From contig KV454016.1 of assembly GCA_001661245.1 (NCBI GenBank), positions 990,268 to 1,054,267 of the forward strand: a stretch of DNA of 64,000 nucleotides. The letters are read 5' to 3'. Each line of letters starts with the position of its first letter. Position 1 is the stretch's first letter. Below the pieces are notes generated by a model. That model was not told the DNA's origin. It worked only from the letters and a program-made list of their open reading frames with translations, and did no database searches. This DNA comes from Pachysolen tannophilus NRRL Y-2460. Its lineage: Eukaryota. A program made the translations under genes and the position numbers. Positions 37,685 through 50,769 of the stretch are shown piece after piece.

Positions 37685-37900
37685 AAAGTTAACTAGATTA
37701 TCCAGTCCATCTTTATATATCCATTGTACTGTACTTCTTTTGTGTTTAATAAATTATAATTATATATATTTATGTATAATTATATCTTATCTTATCTTAA
37801 ATCCGAATTGGATAATTCATCTATTAAAAATAAAAAGTAAAAAATAAAAAAGATTGTAAAAAATATAAAAATACCATTTATCTTATCAGTTCAGTATAAT

Positions 37901-38866
37901 ATGACTGAAGAGTATGATAAGTTGTTGGGTCAACTACAAGATTTGAATAAAGAGCTTAAATCTAAAGAAATTGATCCTTTCTTAGGTGGATTTGACGATA
38001 TAGTGAAAGAAAAAGATGATTACGATAAGACAGAAATTATTATACGAAATGAACATTTAGTCAATATTATGAGAAGTAAATATAATAATAACCCTTTCAT
38101 TGATTCATTTCAGAAGAAGATAATAGGTTTCAAATATTGTAATGAATTGTTATTGATTTCAATTAACAAGTTTATACAAAATAATAATAAATTTATACAT
38201 CAAACATATTTTGGTGAAATGTTACTTACACCAATATATTGTCATCCAAATATATCACAAAATATTAAATCTGTAGTTAAATCTTTTATTGATGAGAATT
38301 TAAAATTATATAAGGAAGCTGTTGAACATATTCTTCTGACACAAGATTCTGTGGTGGATTATTTTAAAGAAGAAAAACTGTGTGGTAATAATAGTTTGGG
38401 TCATTTATCTAAAGTGGAAGCATATGTTGATTTAATTTCTTCAATAACAAAGGATAAATCTTTTGATTTGGATACAAAGACTATAGATGATATTAGATTT
38501 TTATCTGATTTAGTTATGAGTGAAAGAATTGCCAATGTTAAAAAGAGAAGAATCATTTTTGAAGAATTACAAATAAGTAGAGAATTTTTTACAATTTTTA
38601 AAGATTTATTTGCTTTAAAATTAATGAAGAAATTTATTAAAGTAATAATAGATTTAATTGAAAATGGATTAAAAATGGCTAAAACCCAGTTTATAGAAGA
38701 AATGACTATACATTATCCAGGATCTTTCACTATCAACGAGTTTAAGGAAGAAATTAATGAAAACAGGGCTTTGATTAATCATAAAAGACCATTACAAGTT
38801 GAAGATTTGATTGCTGGTGTTGAATATTCAAAATTAAGTCCTAAAAAACCTAAATCATCAAAATAA
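37901..38866 (+). CDS. Hypothetical 321-aa protein
   Basis: Long ATG-initiated ORF with typical codon usage; no recognised motif. Confidence 0.65.
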   Translation: MTEEYDKLLGQLQDLNKELKSKEIDPFLGGFDDIVKEKDDYDKTEIIIRNEHLVNIMRSKYNNNPFIDSFQKKIIGFKYCNELLLISINKFIQNNNKFIHQTYFGEMLLTPIYCHPNISQNIKSVVKSFIDENLKLYKEAVEHILLTQDSVVDYFKEEKLCGNNSLGHLSKVEAYVDLISSITKDKSFDLDTKTIDDIRFLSDLVMSERIANVKKRRIIFEELQISREFFTIFKDLFALKLMKKFIKVIIDLIENGLKMAKTQFIEEMTIHYPGSFTINEFKEEINENRALINHKRPLQVEDLIAGVEYSKLSPKKPKSSK

Positions 38867-39049
38867 AATTTTATTAATAGAAATTATCATCATCATCATT
38901 TCCTTTTAATTTACCTATTTCTTCCCATTTTTGCCATTTTATAAAATCATGCAAATAAATATTACAATAATATTTACTCAAATATTTTTGAATATTTTTT
39001 TTTTCATCTATAATTAATTGTTATATTATAATTCCCCCCATTTTTCCAA

Positions 39050-40233
39050 TTATTCTTTTTTAACTTTTGTTGATTGTTTTTGCTGTTGCTTCAAGAAACC
39101 TTCAAAAACAATTCCACTAAACACTAGGGAAATACCAAACCATTGTTTGAAATTAATAGCATGACCAAATAACAAAACACTTAAAATCATTGAGAACATC
39201 TTTCTAGTAACTGTAACAGTTACTAGTACAATGCTATCAAATTTTTCCAAAGTGATAAATATGAAGATTTGACCAATAGCACCACATAGTCCATATAAAA
39301 GTATATTCGATAACACTGCTGGATTTTCAGAGATAAATGTCATTGAATAGTTTAAATCATCAGTCAGTAAAAATGTATATGACAGTGTTAATATACATGT
39401 TAAAAAATTTATTCCTGACATCAAATGAGCACCTGTAATTTTTTTTTAGTAATTTTTAACAATTGATCTTGCATTGAATTGGTTAATCCATCTAAAAACA
39501 TTGAAAAAATCAAATATGATAACCCTAAAGTCAATCTACCATCTCCATTTGAATCTGCTTTCCCCTTTTTCGAAGATGAAGATGAAGATAATGTAAATAT
39601 TAAAATACCTGTAGTAATGATTCCAACAACCATATATTTATGAGGAGGGAATTTCTTACCAAAGACCAAGAATTGAACCATCATAACAGGTATTAATTTG
39701 CAAGATTTTGACAAGAGGAAAACCAAATAATTTAAATGTTTTAAAGATTTATAACTAATAGGACTGGATAAACTTTGTGCTGTAGCAATTACCAAGAATT
39801 TTTGCAAGACTTGAAAATCTAATTTCTTTGAACCATCTTCAACAAAGATACTAAGAGGAGTTGTAAATTTTTTGGATTTAATTGAAAGATAAATCGATCC
39901 CACAGCGCAAGCAAAAAATGATTGAATTGTGTTGACAAATAATGGAGAATTAAATCTTTCACTATTCTTATACGTAGTTGTTGAAATTTTTTCCTGTAAG
40001 ATTGACCATATTAAAAATGAAGAATATATACCAGCAACACAAATTATCAAAGTCAGTATTAAACTGTTACCATTGTTGGACAACTGATCCACTTGATCAG
40101 AGTTATAAGATTGAACCAGCTCATCAAACTTATCCACTTGTTCCGACTTCCCAAGTTCATTTTTCCTTGTATTATTTGATTTCATACTAGTTTGATTTTT
40201 CAGCAGCAACGATGACCTAATCTTAGTTGCCAT
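39050..40233 (-). CDS. HUT1: UDP-galactose transporter homologue Hut1; -1 frame break in T9 run 39439-39447
   Basis: GIYSSFLIWSILQEKI, KSCKLIPVM, DGLTNSMQD, GQIFIFITLEKF, VTVTRKMFSM; adding one base restores KITGAHLMSG. Confidence 0.88.
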
Positions 40234-40449
40234 GACCAAACAACTTATCAAGAGTTGATTTCTTCAAATAATCATATATAATTTGGATTAAAAATTGAAG
40301 TTATTGTAATTTTCCAATTTTTGATTTTTCAATGTAATTTTTCTTTTTTTTTTGCTTAATTTTTCATTTTATTTCAAATACAAATTAAAATTTATTAAAA
40401 TTTGTTACCAAAAACTCTTGCTATATAAAAATCCTGAGCTGTATAGATC

Positions 40450-40857
40450 ATGGTGTTACCATTGTTAATAGGTATAGGAGTGACAATAGCTGCGTTGACT
40501 TTTAAATCTGGAATAAATGCTTATAAGAAATATTTAACTCTCACACCTACAATGATTTTATCTTTAAATGGAATACAAATATCTTCTTTAAAATCAGAAT
40601 TACAGAAAAACCCAAATAAATTGAAATTTGCTCAGTATCCTGGTGGGTTTAAGAGTCGAATGAATGAGAGTGAGGCTTTAATGATATTGGAGATAAGTAC
40701 AAATGAGATCATCAATATGGACGCAGAGATGTTGAAGAAGAAACATAGAAAATGTATGTTGTTGAATCACCCTGATAAAGGAGGAAGTCCATATTTAGCA
40801 ATGAAGATTAACGAGGCAAAAGAAGTTTTGGAAAAAAGCTATATGTTCAAAAAATGA
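40450..40857 (+). CDS. MDJ2: Mitochondrial inner-membrane J-protein (Pam18 paralogue)
   Basis: MVLPLLIGIGVT TM, GGF..RMNESEA, HPDKGGSPYLA. Confidence 0.88.
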   Translation: MVLPLLIGIGVTIAALTFKSGINAYKKYLTLTPTMILSLNGIQISSLKSELQKNPNKLKFAQYPGGFKSRMNESEALMILEISTNEIINMDAEMLKKKHRKCMLLNHPDKGGSPYLAMKINEAKEVLEKSYMFKK

Positions 40858-41110
40858 TTTACTGCTTGTGCTTTATATATCTTTATGAAACCAGTTGTAA
40901 GAATGGTTGTTGTCGGAACTTATGGCTCAATAATAGATAGACTATATGTTTTGTCGGTAGTGTACAAAAAATGTCTTGTTAACAAGAATTATAACAAACC
41001 ATTTCATTTTATAATGACTTGTAATTTTTTGTGGTTAGTATCATAGTTGATGAAGATATCAATTGTGGTTTCTTTGAGTAGAAAAAAAAGGTTAAGCTAT
41101 TCAATTAAAC

Positions 41111-41935
41111 ATGTATTATTTAATAACTTTGGGAATTTATTTATCACTTATTGTATTGGCTGAAATATTGCATAATTTACAATTTATTAAAAGATTTGAT
41201 AAAGAAAATAGGTTTTATGAAATTGACAACACTATATTGGCGATATTTTATGTTTTCTTTTCATTGAGTTCAATAATAACTTTGATCAATTTACAGAGTT
41301 TGAAATATGGTGATTTTTTACAAATTGGAATGATTTTATTATTAATATTTTTCAATTATTTAAATTTCACCAATAAAGAATTTATTAATTTCACAATTTA
41401 TAATCAAGATGTTAAATTTTCCTATAAGATAGCCATTTTATTTTATGTGATTTTACAATCACTTGCTTCAACAAATTATTCCAATTTTACTATTTTACAA
41501 AATATTGTAAATATTTTAAATTGTTTTAATTCTTATGTTATTATTTTCTTACTTGGATCTATTGAAAATTGTGCTATAGATACTTATTTTCAACAAGATA
41601 AAGATTTAATTTTTCAACAAGATGAATTATTAGAAAATAAAAGAAAAATTTTTAAATCTTTAAAATTTAGATTTGAAAATTATATTACTAGTGATGCTTC
41701 TTTATTCAATAAAATTTTCACATTTGGATTAGCAATCGTGAATCTTTGTCTCTTTATGATTAGTTTTTGTGGTATCAAGTCACTTACAGTGATAAGAGTA
41801 ATCAGTGGAAACGATTTAAATGTTTCTACTTATTGTATGATTGGATTCTTTATAGTGGCTCTAATTAATTCAATTTGGATTATAATGGATGGGAAATTAG
41901 GATTAATAAAAAATCATTTAAAACTATGGAATTAA
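41111..41935 (+). CDS. Hypothetical polytopic membrane protein (3' end abuts a gap)
   Basis: 274-aa ORF with roughly seven hydrophobic segments. Confidence 0.6.
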   Translation: MYYLITLGIYLSLIVLAEILHNLQFIKRFDKENRFYEIDNTILAIFYVFFSLSSIITLINLQSLKYGDFLQIGMILLLIFFNYLNFTNKEFINFTIYNQDVKFSYKIAILFYVILQSLASTNYSNFTILQNIVNILNCFNSYVIIFLLGSIENCAIDTYFQQDKDLIFQQDELLENKRKIFKSLKFRFENYITSDASLFNKIFTFGLAIVNLCLFMISFCGIKSLTVIRVISGNDLNVSTYCMIGFFIVALINSIWIIMDGKLGLIKNHLKLWN

Positions 41936-41949
41936 AAAAAAAAAAAAAA

Positions 41950-42228
41950 NNNNNNNNNNNNNNNNNNNNNNNNNNNNNNNNNNNNNNNNNNNNNNNNNNN
42001 NNNNNNNNNNNNNNNNNNNNNNNNNNNNNNNNNNNNNNNNNNNNNNNNNNNNNNNNNNNNNNNNNNNNNNNNNNNNNNNNNNNNNNNNNNNNNNNNNNNN
42101 NNNNNNNNNNNNNNNNNNNNNNNNNNNNNNNNNNNNNNNNNNNNNNNNNNNNNNNNNNNNNNNNNNNNNNNNNNNNNNNNNNNNNNNNNNNNNNNNNNNN
42201 NNNNNNNNNNNNNNNNNNNNNNNNNNNN
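41950..42228. other. Assembly gap
   Basis: N run. Confidence 1.
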
Positions 42229-42253
42229 GTAAACTAATAATAATAATAAAATA

Positions 42254-42301
<48 letters not shown>

Positions 42302-42324
42302 GTATATAAAAATAGATTATTCTA

Positions 42325-42816
42325 TCAATTTCTTGGGCATCGAGCAGCTGGTGGAGGTGGTGTTGCAACAACCACAAATCCATCTTCCGGCAGCCCAAGA
42401 GGACTTGGTTCAACAACATCCTGTGTATTTCTCATAACAATATCACTAATATTAGAACTGCTACTGCTACCATTATTATGATTATTATGATTATTATAAC
42501 CTCCTAACCCATTAACGTAAACCGGAGAAACAATTCTCCTTGATCTATTCTTATTGCCCCCACAACGACTATTCCTACTATTCTCACTTCCAAGACTCAG
42601 TGAGGACCCATTACTTCTCAATGATTCCAAAGGTGGCAAATCATTCCAACCTTGAGTAGACCCACCATTTTGAAAAGACCGTACGGGACTACCCAGAGTT
42701 TTTGTACTACTATTACTACCAATATTATTACTACTCTTTGAATTTTTTGAATTATCTTTAGACCCCGCCAATGACGAAGTACTACCTGTTGAACTTGAAA
42801 TCTCAGCTGTTGACAT
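42325..42816 (-). CDS. Small Ser/Asn-rich disordered protein with a GWNDLPP motif
   Basis: ATG at 42816, 163 aa, coding-like composition relative to its flanks. Confidence 0.6.
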   Translation of the reverse strand: MSTAEISSSTGSTSSLAGSKDNSKNSKSSNNIGSNSSTKTLGSPVRSFQNGGSTQGWNDLPPLESLRSNGSSLSLGSENSRNSRCGGNKNRSRRIVSPVYVNGLGGYNNHNNHNNGSSSSSNISDIVMRNTQDVVEPSPLGLPEDGFVVVATPPPPAARCPRN

Positions 42817-43135
42817 ACTATATTTCCTTATCTCTCCTGATATCAATTATTTCCTATACCTATATATATACATATATACATATATACATATATATATATA
42901 ACTAATTATATTATAAAAGTGACTGGATAGATTAAAACGCCTTTTTAATTAGCTTTCAATTTGAAGTACCGCGAAATGGATGACAAAAACAAAAATCGCG
43001 ACACAGCAAAGAAAAAAAGAAGAAGTGACACAGCAAAAAGAAGTGACACGAATAATTCACTTATAATGAAAGTTTAGTGTTAATACAGGAGCCATCTCCA
43101 TTAAAGTAGAGATTAGTGATTGAAGTTTTAGCATG

Positions 43136-44368
43136 TTAGCCTTGTAGTTCCAATGCTTTTGACAAGACTTTTTCGATACTAGGTCTTTCTGAAGGGTTTA
43201 CTATAAGACACATTTTAATCAAATCTTTAATTCCATCACTGTATTGTGGTTGTTGTGGGAATGAATAATTCCCACTACTTATAGCCAAATTCATACTTGC
43301 ACCATTTTCTTGTTCTTCTCTTTCAAAAGGGGACATTCCATATAATAGAGCATATAGAGTACAACCCAAGGACCATATATCTATCTTCTCATCCAATTTA
43401 TCACCAACTTTAACATCCAATAATTCTGGTGCACGATATGGTAATGTACAATGTTCTTCTGCTAATTCTTGAACTGTAATTGCCTCTGCTCTATTTTTGA
43501 TATTCATTTTCAGTCTGGTACATGATCCTAAGTCACATAATACTGGGAGACCATCTTTTGAAAGCATAATATTTGCAGGTTTAATATCTCTATGAGCAAA
43601 TGATATTGCTTCAGAAAGTTCAGTTGAATTTCCTTCTAAATCATTCAATTCTAATTGGTTATAATTATTTTGCAAGTGTTCTGAATCTGAAAGTGAATCA
43701 TAATCATAATCTTCTTCTTCTTCTTCTTCTTCAGCAAGTGTATTATTATCACTATTCAGAAGTAAAACTTGATTTTCAGAATTCATATCATCACCACCAT
43801 CACCACTATTACTATTACCATTTATCTTTTGTGAAGAAGATTTTTGTAAACTTCTTTTTAAATTCGGTATAGATGAACTTTGAAGTGTATAACGATTTGT
43901 ATTATTATTCACATGATGACGATGCATTGATTGTAAACCACGACATATTCCAATAAATACTCTTATAGCATCGGATTCCTCAATAAAAGAATTATTAACA
44001 CTATTCTTATTAACAACATCTTGTAAAGACCCATTATCAAAATATGGCAATAATATATAAACCGTTTTGGAACCATCCAGTTCTTGAACTATACTAGAAT
44101 CAATTGATCTTATAATATATGGTGATTTAAATTCTTTATAATTACCAACTTCTTTCATTGCAACTTTAACACTCTCATTTCCAAATGGACACCGAATCTT
44201 CTTCAACGCATATAACCCACCATTAGAAGCTTGAACTAAATATACATATGAAAATCCACCTTCTCCTAATAATTTCAATATCTTAAATCTGGCCTTATTG
44301 ATTTTTAATTCTGGAACAGTGGAAAAACATGGTAAGCAAGATGTAATAAGTTCTATCACAAATGACAT
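43136..44368 (-). CDS. ENV7: STK16-family Ser/Thr kinase Env7
   Basis: N-terminal Cys cluster (SCLPCF), LGEGGFSYV, HRDIKPAN, DLGSC, HCTLPYRAPEL; divergent from RVB2. Confidence 0.92.
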   Translation of the reverse strand: MSFVIELITSCLPCFSTVPELKINKARFKILKLLGEGGFSYVYLVQASNGGLYALKKIRCPFGNESVKVAMKEVGNYKEFKSPYIIRSIDSSIVQELDGSKTVYILLPYFDNGSLQDVVNKNSVNNSFIEESDAIRVFIGICRGLQSMHRHHVNNNTNRYTLQSSSIPNLKRSLQKSSSQKINGNSNSGDGGDDMNSENQVLLLNSDNNTLAEEEEEEEDYDYDSLSDSEHLQNNYNQLELNDLEGNSTELSEAISFAHRDIKPANIMLSKDGLPVLCDLGSCTRLKMNIKNRAEAITVQELAEEHCTLPYRAPELLDVKVGDKLDEKIDIWSLGCTLYALLYGMSPFEREEQENGASMNLAISSGNYSFPQQPQYSDGIKDLIKMCLIVNPSERPSIEKVLSKALELQG

Positions 44369-44454
44369 TACCAATTCTATTCTATTCTATTTTATTTTAG
44401 TATATCACAAAATCCCTTCACTTATCAATAGGTTCCTACCTATTCACTATCAAT

Positions 44455-44485
<31 letters not shown>

Positions 44486-44702
44486 CTTTTCCATTAAATA
44501 ATTTATAAAATAATTTATATATATTTCAATATTATATTATTTTGATAGCGTGTTTCCTAAAGTGGCACTTAACCTAGAATTTTAATTGAAAAATGGATAA
44601 AAAAAAATTTTGACCTTTTAAAAAAGAATACAATAAATTGATAATAATACCGATAAATTTACTAAATCGTTGTATTATAGGATAATCATTGGTTTGAATA
44701 TA

Positions 44703-46281
<1,579 letters not shown>

Positions 46282-46458
46282 AGTGGAAAGTAAAGAAGAA
46301 TAAAAAAAAAAAAAAAAAAAGAAAAAGAAAATTAATTTGTTTGTTGCTACTTAACTTGTTTTATTATTATTATTATATAATTATTTAATTATAATTATTA
46401 TTATTCTTTTATTTTTTGTTTATTTTTTTTTTAATCATGTAAAAGTTCTTTTATCAAT

Positions 46459-47072
46459 TTAACCGCTTCCTTTAGTATTTAGAATCAATGCGATAATCAT
46501 TCCATATAGTCCCAAGACTTCTGCAAAAATCAATATCAATACAATTCCTACAAATAATCTAGGTTGATGCATATATTGTCTAACACCTTCATCACCAACA
46601 ATACCAATTGAATATCCACTTGCAAGACAAGCAAAACCCACACTTAATCCACAACTTAAATGCATAAACCCATTAAATAATGAATAATTTTCTGTTGGAG
46701 ATATACCACCAGCTATTAAGACACTAACAACTAATCCATAAACTGATAAGATACCACTCATAACTACAGGAATAAGAGATTTCATAATCAATTCAGGTTT
46801 AAAAGTACCAATACCTGATATACCAATTCCTGATTTTGCTGTTCCAATAGCCGCACCTGCACAACTTAAAACAATTGAAGCAGCACAACCGGCAAATCCA
46901 AAAAATGGTGCAAAACTTGGAGAATATACATCACCACCGGTAGACGACCTAATTTTATATAATTTTGGTTAGTAACTTTTAAAAACAACACTCAAAAATA
47001 CCACCACCACAATTACCACTAAAACAAAACTTGTCAAAAAAAAAAATTAAAAAAAACTCTTTTAACTTACAT
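46459..47072 (-). CDS. VMA11: V-ATPase proteolipid c'; start codon split AT|G by intron 47070-46949
   Basis: [61 protein letters not shown]. Confidence 0.93.
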
Positions 47073-47815
47073 TGTTAAATGTCCAAATATCAATTTATAA
47101 CTGATTGCTTAATTCAAGATTCAAATCTCAAATTTCAAATTTCAAATCGAATTATATAATTAAATTATTATGTATTTGTTAACTATTGGGCAACTACAAA
47201 CCAATATCTTTCTTTGCCTTAAAACAATAAATGTGGTTTTTTTTGGCAGATTTCACTTTTTTTTATTTTTTTAGTTATCGTGTCCACTACTAAATGATAA
47301 GTACTGTTTTGGGAGTTTCTCTCTTGGCGCACTACTTTTTAGTAGCTTTTTTTTTTTTTTATTTCTTTAGGGGCTGGCGAGTGCTGATGAGTGGTCAATT
47401 ACTGTCAATTACTGCTTTCGGTTGTGATATCCCTTTTTGGGGTTTCCTCCTAAAGATTGTTTCCGTTTTTAAACATTTAGGGGCTGAAAAGTCGTTTTGA
47501 AGTAAAATGTTAGGGCGGTTTCTGTTGGTTGGTTGTTGTGTGCACTACCCGTTATTTTATATATTGTTTGTTTACTATTGATATATCATTTTATATTATT
47601 ATTATATTAGATATTTGATACGTATAATAGATGTTATATTAGCTATTGAGGTATATAGTGACATTTGATCTGATTTTATTAGCTTAGAAGTTGGAAACTG
47701 CTATTTTATTTTATTTTATTTTATCTTATTTCTAAGTTTACATTTTGTGCTGATCCCATATATAACAAACCATTCTATAAGCTTTTAATTATACTTTATA
47801 CACCACAAATATAAA

Positions 47816-48583
47816 ATGTCCACTACACATGAATTACATGAAAAAATTCAATTACAAACTCAAGATGTTAAATATTTACAACGAATTTTTTTGGAAAATG
47901 CACATTCAAAATTGAATTTACACTTGCCCATAACCAATAATAGTAAAGATGATCCTTTAAGAAATAAAATTGAAAATATGGTTGAAACTTTTATTTTTGA
48001 AACTTTTGAAATGGCTAGACATTCAATGATAATAGATGGTATTGATATGTCTAATACTCTGTCTTTAAAAAATATAATAGATGAACCAAAAGAACGTAAG
48101 TTGAAAATTTTTTGTTAATTTCTTTTCTGTTTTTTGTTTTTAATACTAACATTTGTTACTCTTTTTTTTTTTCTTTTTTTGATTTATTTAGAAATTGAAC
48201 CATTTAATTTTGAATTAAATGATAAGTTAAGAAAGATTTATGCACAAGTGGAAGATGCAACTTTAGAAGTAACTTCTTTGAGAAGAGAATTACCAATAAA
48301 AGCAAAAGAAGAATATGGGAAATTATTAACACAATATGATGAAAAAATAAATAAAGTAATACAAGATTTAAATAACCATCATAATGATATAAATGAAGAA
48401 ATTGAAGATATACCAAAAATAGATAATATACTACCAAGATTAAATGATATGAAATTAGATTATGAAAAATCTTTATCAATTTTAGTTGATTTAAAAGAAG
48501 AAATTCCAAAACAAACTTCTCAAATGGAAAAATTAAATGAATTAATTCAATTTATTGAAAAAATTGCTACAAATTCAAATTAA
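47816..48583 (+). CDS. NSL1: MIND kinetochore subunit Nsl1/Mis14; intron 48096-48191
   Basis: Spliced EPKEQIEPFNFELNDKLR..VTSLRRELP; GTAAGT/TACTAAC/TAG; adjacent to VMA11. Confidence 0.8.
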
Positions 48584-48875
48584 AAGTTTTTTTTTGATCT
48601 TTTATCAATATTATTCTAACTTATGTACCATATATATATATATATAGATTTTAATTAACTAATTTATTTAATTCTCTAATTCTCCGTTTCTCTGATTGAT
48701 TTAATTGATCTGATTCTCTGATTCTTTGATTCTCTGCTGCTTGTCCGTTGCCGAACGTGGCGCTCGGAGTTAAGATAAGATATTTAGCCGTCGACATTTA
48801 TATATATATATATATATTTATTTATTTAATTCTTGGTTTCTTTTTCAACTAATAACAAAGTTTAATATTTAAAAG

Positions 48876-50147
48876 ATGGTTTCAGCAGAGTTAAATTCAG
48901 ATAAAACAATTTATGAAAGTCGTTTAACAGAATTGTTAAAAGAAACACCAATAGTTGATACTCATAATGATTTCCCATATATTTTAAGAGTACAATTACA
49001 TGATGAATTACATTCATGTGATTTTGATTTTAATGGTGAATTACAAACTCATACTTCATTACCTAAATTTCGTAAAGGTAAATTAGGTGTTCAATTTTTC
49101 AGTGTTTATATTGAATGTAAAGATTATATTACTGAAGATGGTAAAGAAGATTTTAATAAATTTAATAGTGCTGTTAGAGATACACTTGAACAAATTGATG
49201 TTACAAAAAGATTAGTTAATGAATATAGTGATGATATGAAATTTGTTAATAATTCAATTGAAGCAATGGAAGCTTATAAAAATGGGAAGATTGCAGTTAC
49301 TTTAGGTGTTGAAGGTTTACATCAAGTTGATTTATCTCTTGGTGTTCTTAGAGAATATTTTGAATTAGGATGTAGGTATATTACTTTAACTCATAATGGT
49401 GATAACCCATTTGCTACAGCTGCTTCATCTATTGCTGCAGGGTTACCTGATAATGGATTAACTGAATATGGTAAACGTTGTATTTTAGAAATGAATAGAT
49501 TAGGTATGATGGTTGATTTATCACATGTTAGTTATAAGACAATGTTAGATACTTTAGAAGTTACACAATCACCAGTAATTTTTTCTCATTCTTCAGCTTA
49601 TCATTTAACAAATCATGAAAGAAATGTTCGTGATGATGTCTTATTAAAAATTAAAGAAAATGATGGTGTTGTTTGTGTTAATTTTTACCCTGCATTTATT
49701 GTACCAAAAGATAAATCAATAAAAGAAGTATCTATTGAAGATGCAGTTAATCATATTTTACATATTGTTAAAATTACTGGATCTTTTAGACATGTTGGTT
49801 TTGGATCTGATTTTGATGGTATTCCATTTGGACCAATTGGTTTAGAAGATGTTTCTAAATATCCAGATTTAATTTATAAAATCATGCAAGCAGGTGCCAC
49901 TGATCAAGATATTAAAGGATTAATGGGTGGTAATACAATGAGAGTATGGGCCAAAAATGAAGAAATTTCTAAAAAATTAATTAAAAAATTAGGTCCAAAA
50001 GGTATTATTGAAGATAATTGGAAACAAAGAGTATGGGAATTTAATTCTTATAGTAAAGATTTTCCTCGTCTTTTCGAAAATAGTTTTGATATACATAAAG
50101 ACTCTACCATATGGAAACCTAAAAAAGATATGTTTACAAAGAAATAA
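48876..50147 (+). CDS. Membrane-dipeptidase family (peptidase M19) zinc dipeptidase, no signal peptide
   Basis: DTHNDFP, LGVEG, YITLTHN, MMVDLSH, FSHS, GFGSDFDG. Confidence 0.9.
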   Translation: MVSAELNSDKTIYESRLTELLKETPIVDTHNDFPYILRVQLHDELHSCDFDFNGELQTHTSLPKFRKGKLGVQFFSVYIECKDYITEDGKEDFNKFNSAVRDTLEQIDVTKRLVNEYSDDMKFVNNSIEAMEAYKNGKIAVTLGVEGLHQVDLSLGVLREYFELGCRYITLTHNGDNPFATAASSIAAGLPDNGLTEYGKRCILEMNRLGMMVDLSHVSYKTMLDTLEVTQSPVIFSHSSAYHLTNHERNVRDDVLLKIKENDGVVCVNFYPAFIVPKDKSIKEVSIEDAVNHILHIVKITGSFRHVGFGSDFDGIPFGPIGLEDVSKYPDLIYKIMQAGATDQDIKGLMGGNTMRVWAKNEEISKKLIKKLGPKGIIEDNWKQRVWEFNSYSKDFPRLFENSFDIHKDSTIWKPKKDMFTKK

Positions 50148-50769
50148 TTTAAAAAAAAAAGAAAAATAAAATAATTAATTGCTCTTATAGTTAACTAATT
50201 AATCAAATCAATTATATTAATATTTATCTTATCTATAACACTTAAAAGAGAAAAGAATGAAAAATAATGTGCGCTTTTCTCATTGCTTTTTTTCGGTATT
50301 TTCTAATGCGCTTATTTAAACCTTTTTGCGTATATAAAAGTGCACTTTCTAATGCGCATTTTATGCCTGCAAATGTGTACGCACTTGGCTAATAGAAGCT
50401 TGCGCACATGCATGCGCAGTTTTACCGAATTCAGCGCTTCGTTTATTTATTTTTTTTTTTTTATTTTTTATTTTTTGTATCTATAAAAAAAAAAACGACT
50501 GTGTCGAATAAAAAGCCAAAGCCTTTTATAATAAATATTAAAACAATATTGAGATTAAAAATTAGTGATTTATAATTGAGTAATAATAAGTTGTGTTTTT
50601 TTTTTTCTTATTCTTTTTTCTTTCTCAAGGGTTTATTGAATACCCATATTCAATCATTTCAATTAAATTTTTTTCTTATTGGTGTTATTACGAATTTTTA
50701 ATTTTTCTTTTTTAACTTGATTTTTTCAAGTTTTTTTTTTTTTTTTTTTTTTTCTCTATTATTGAAGAA

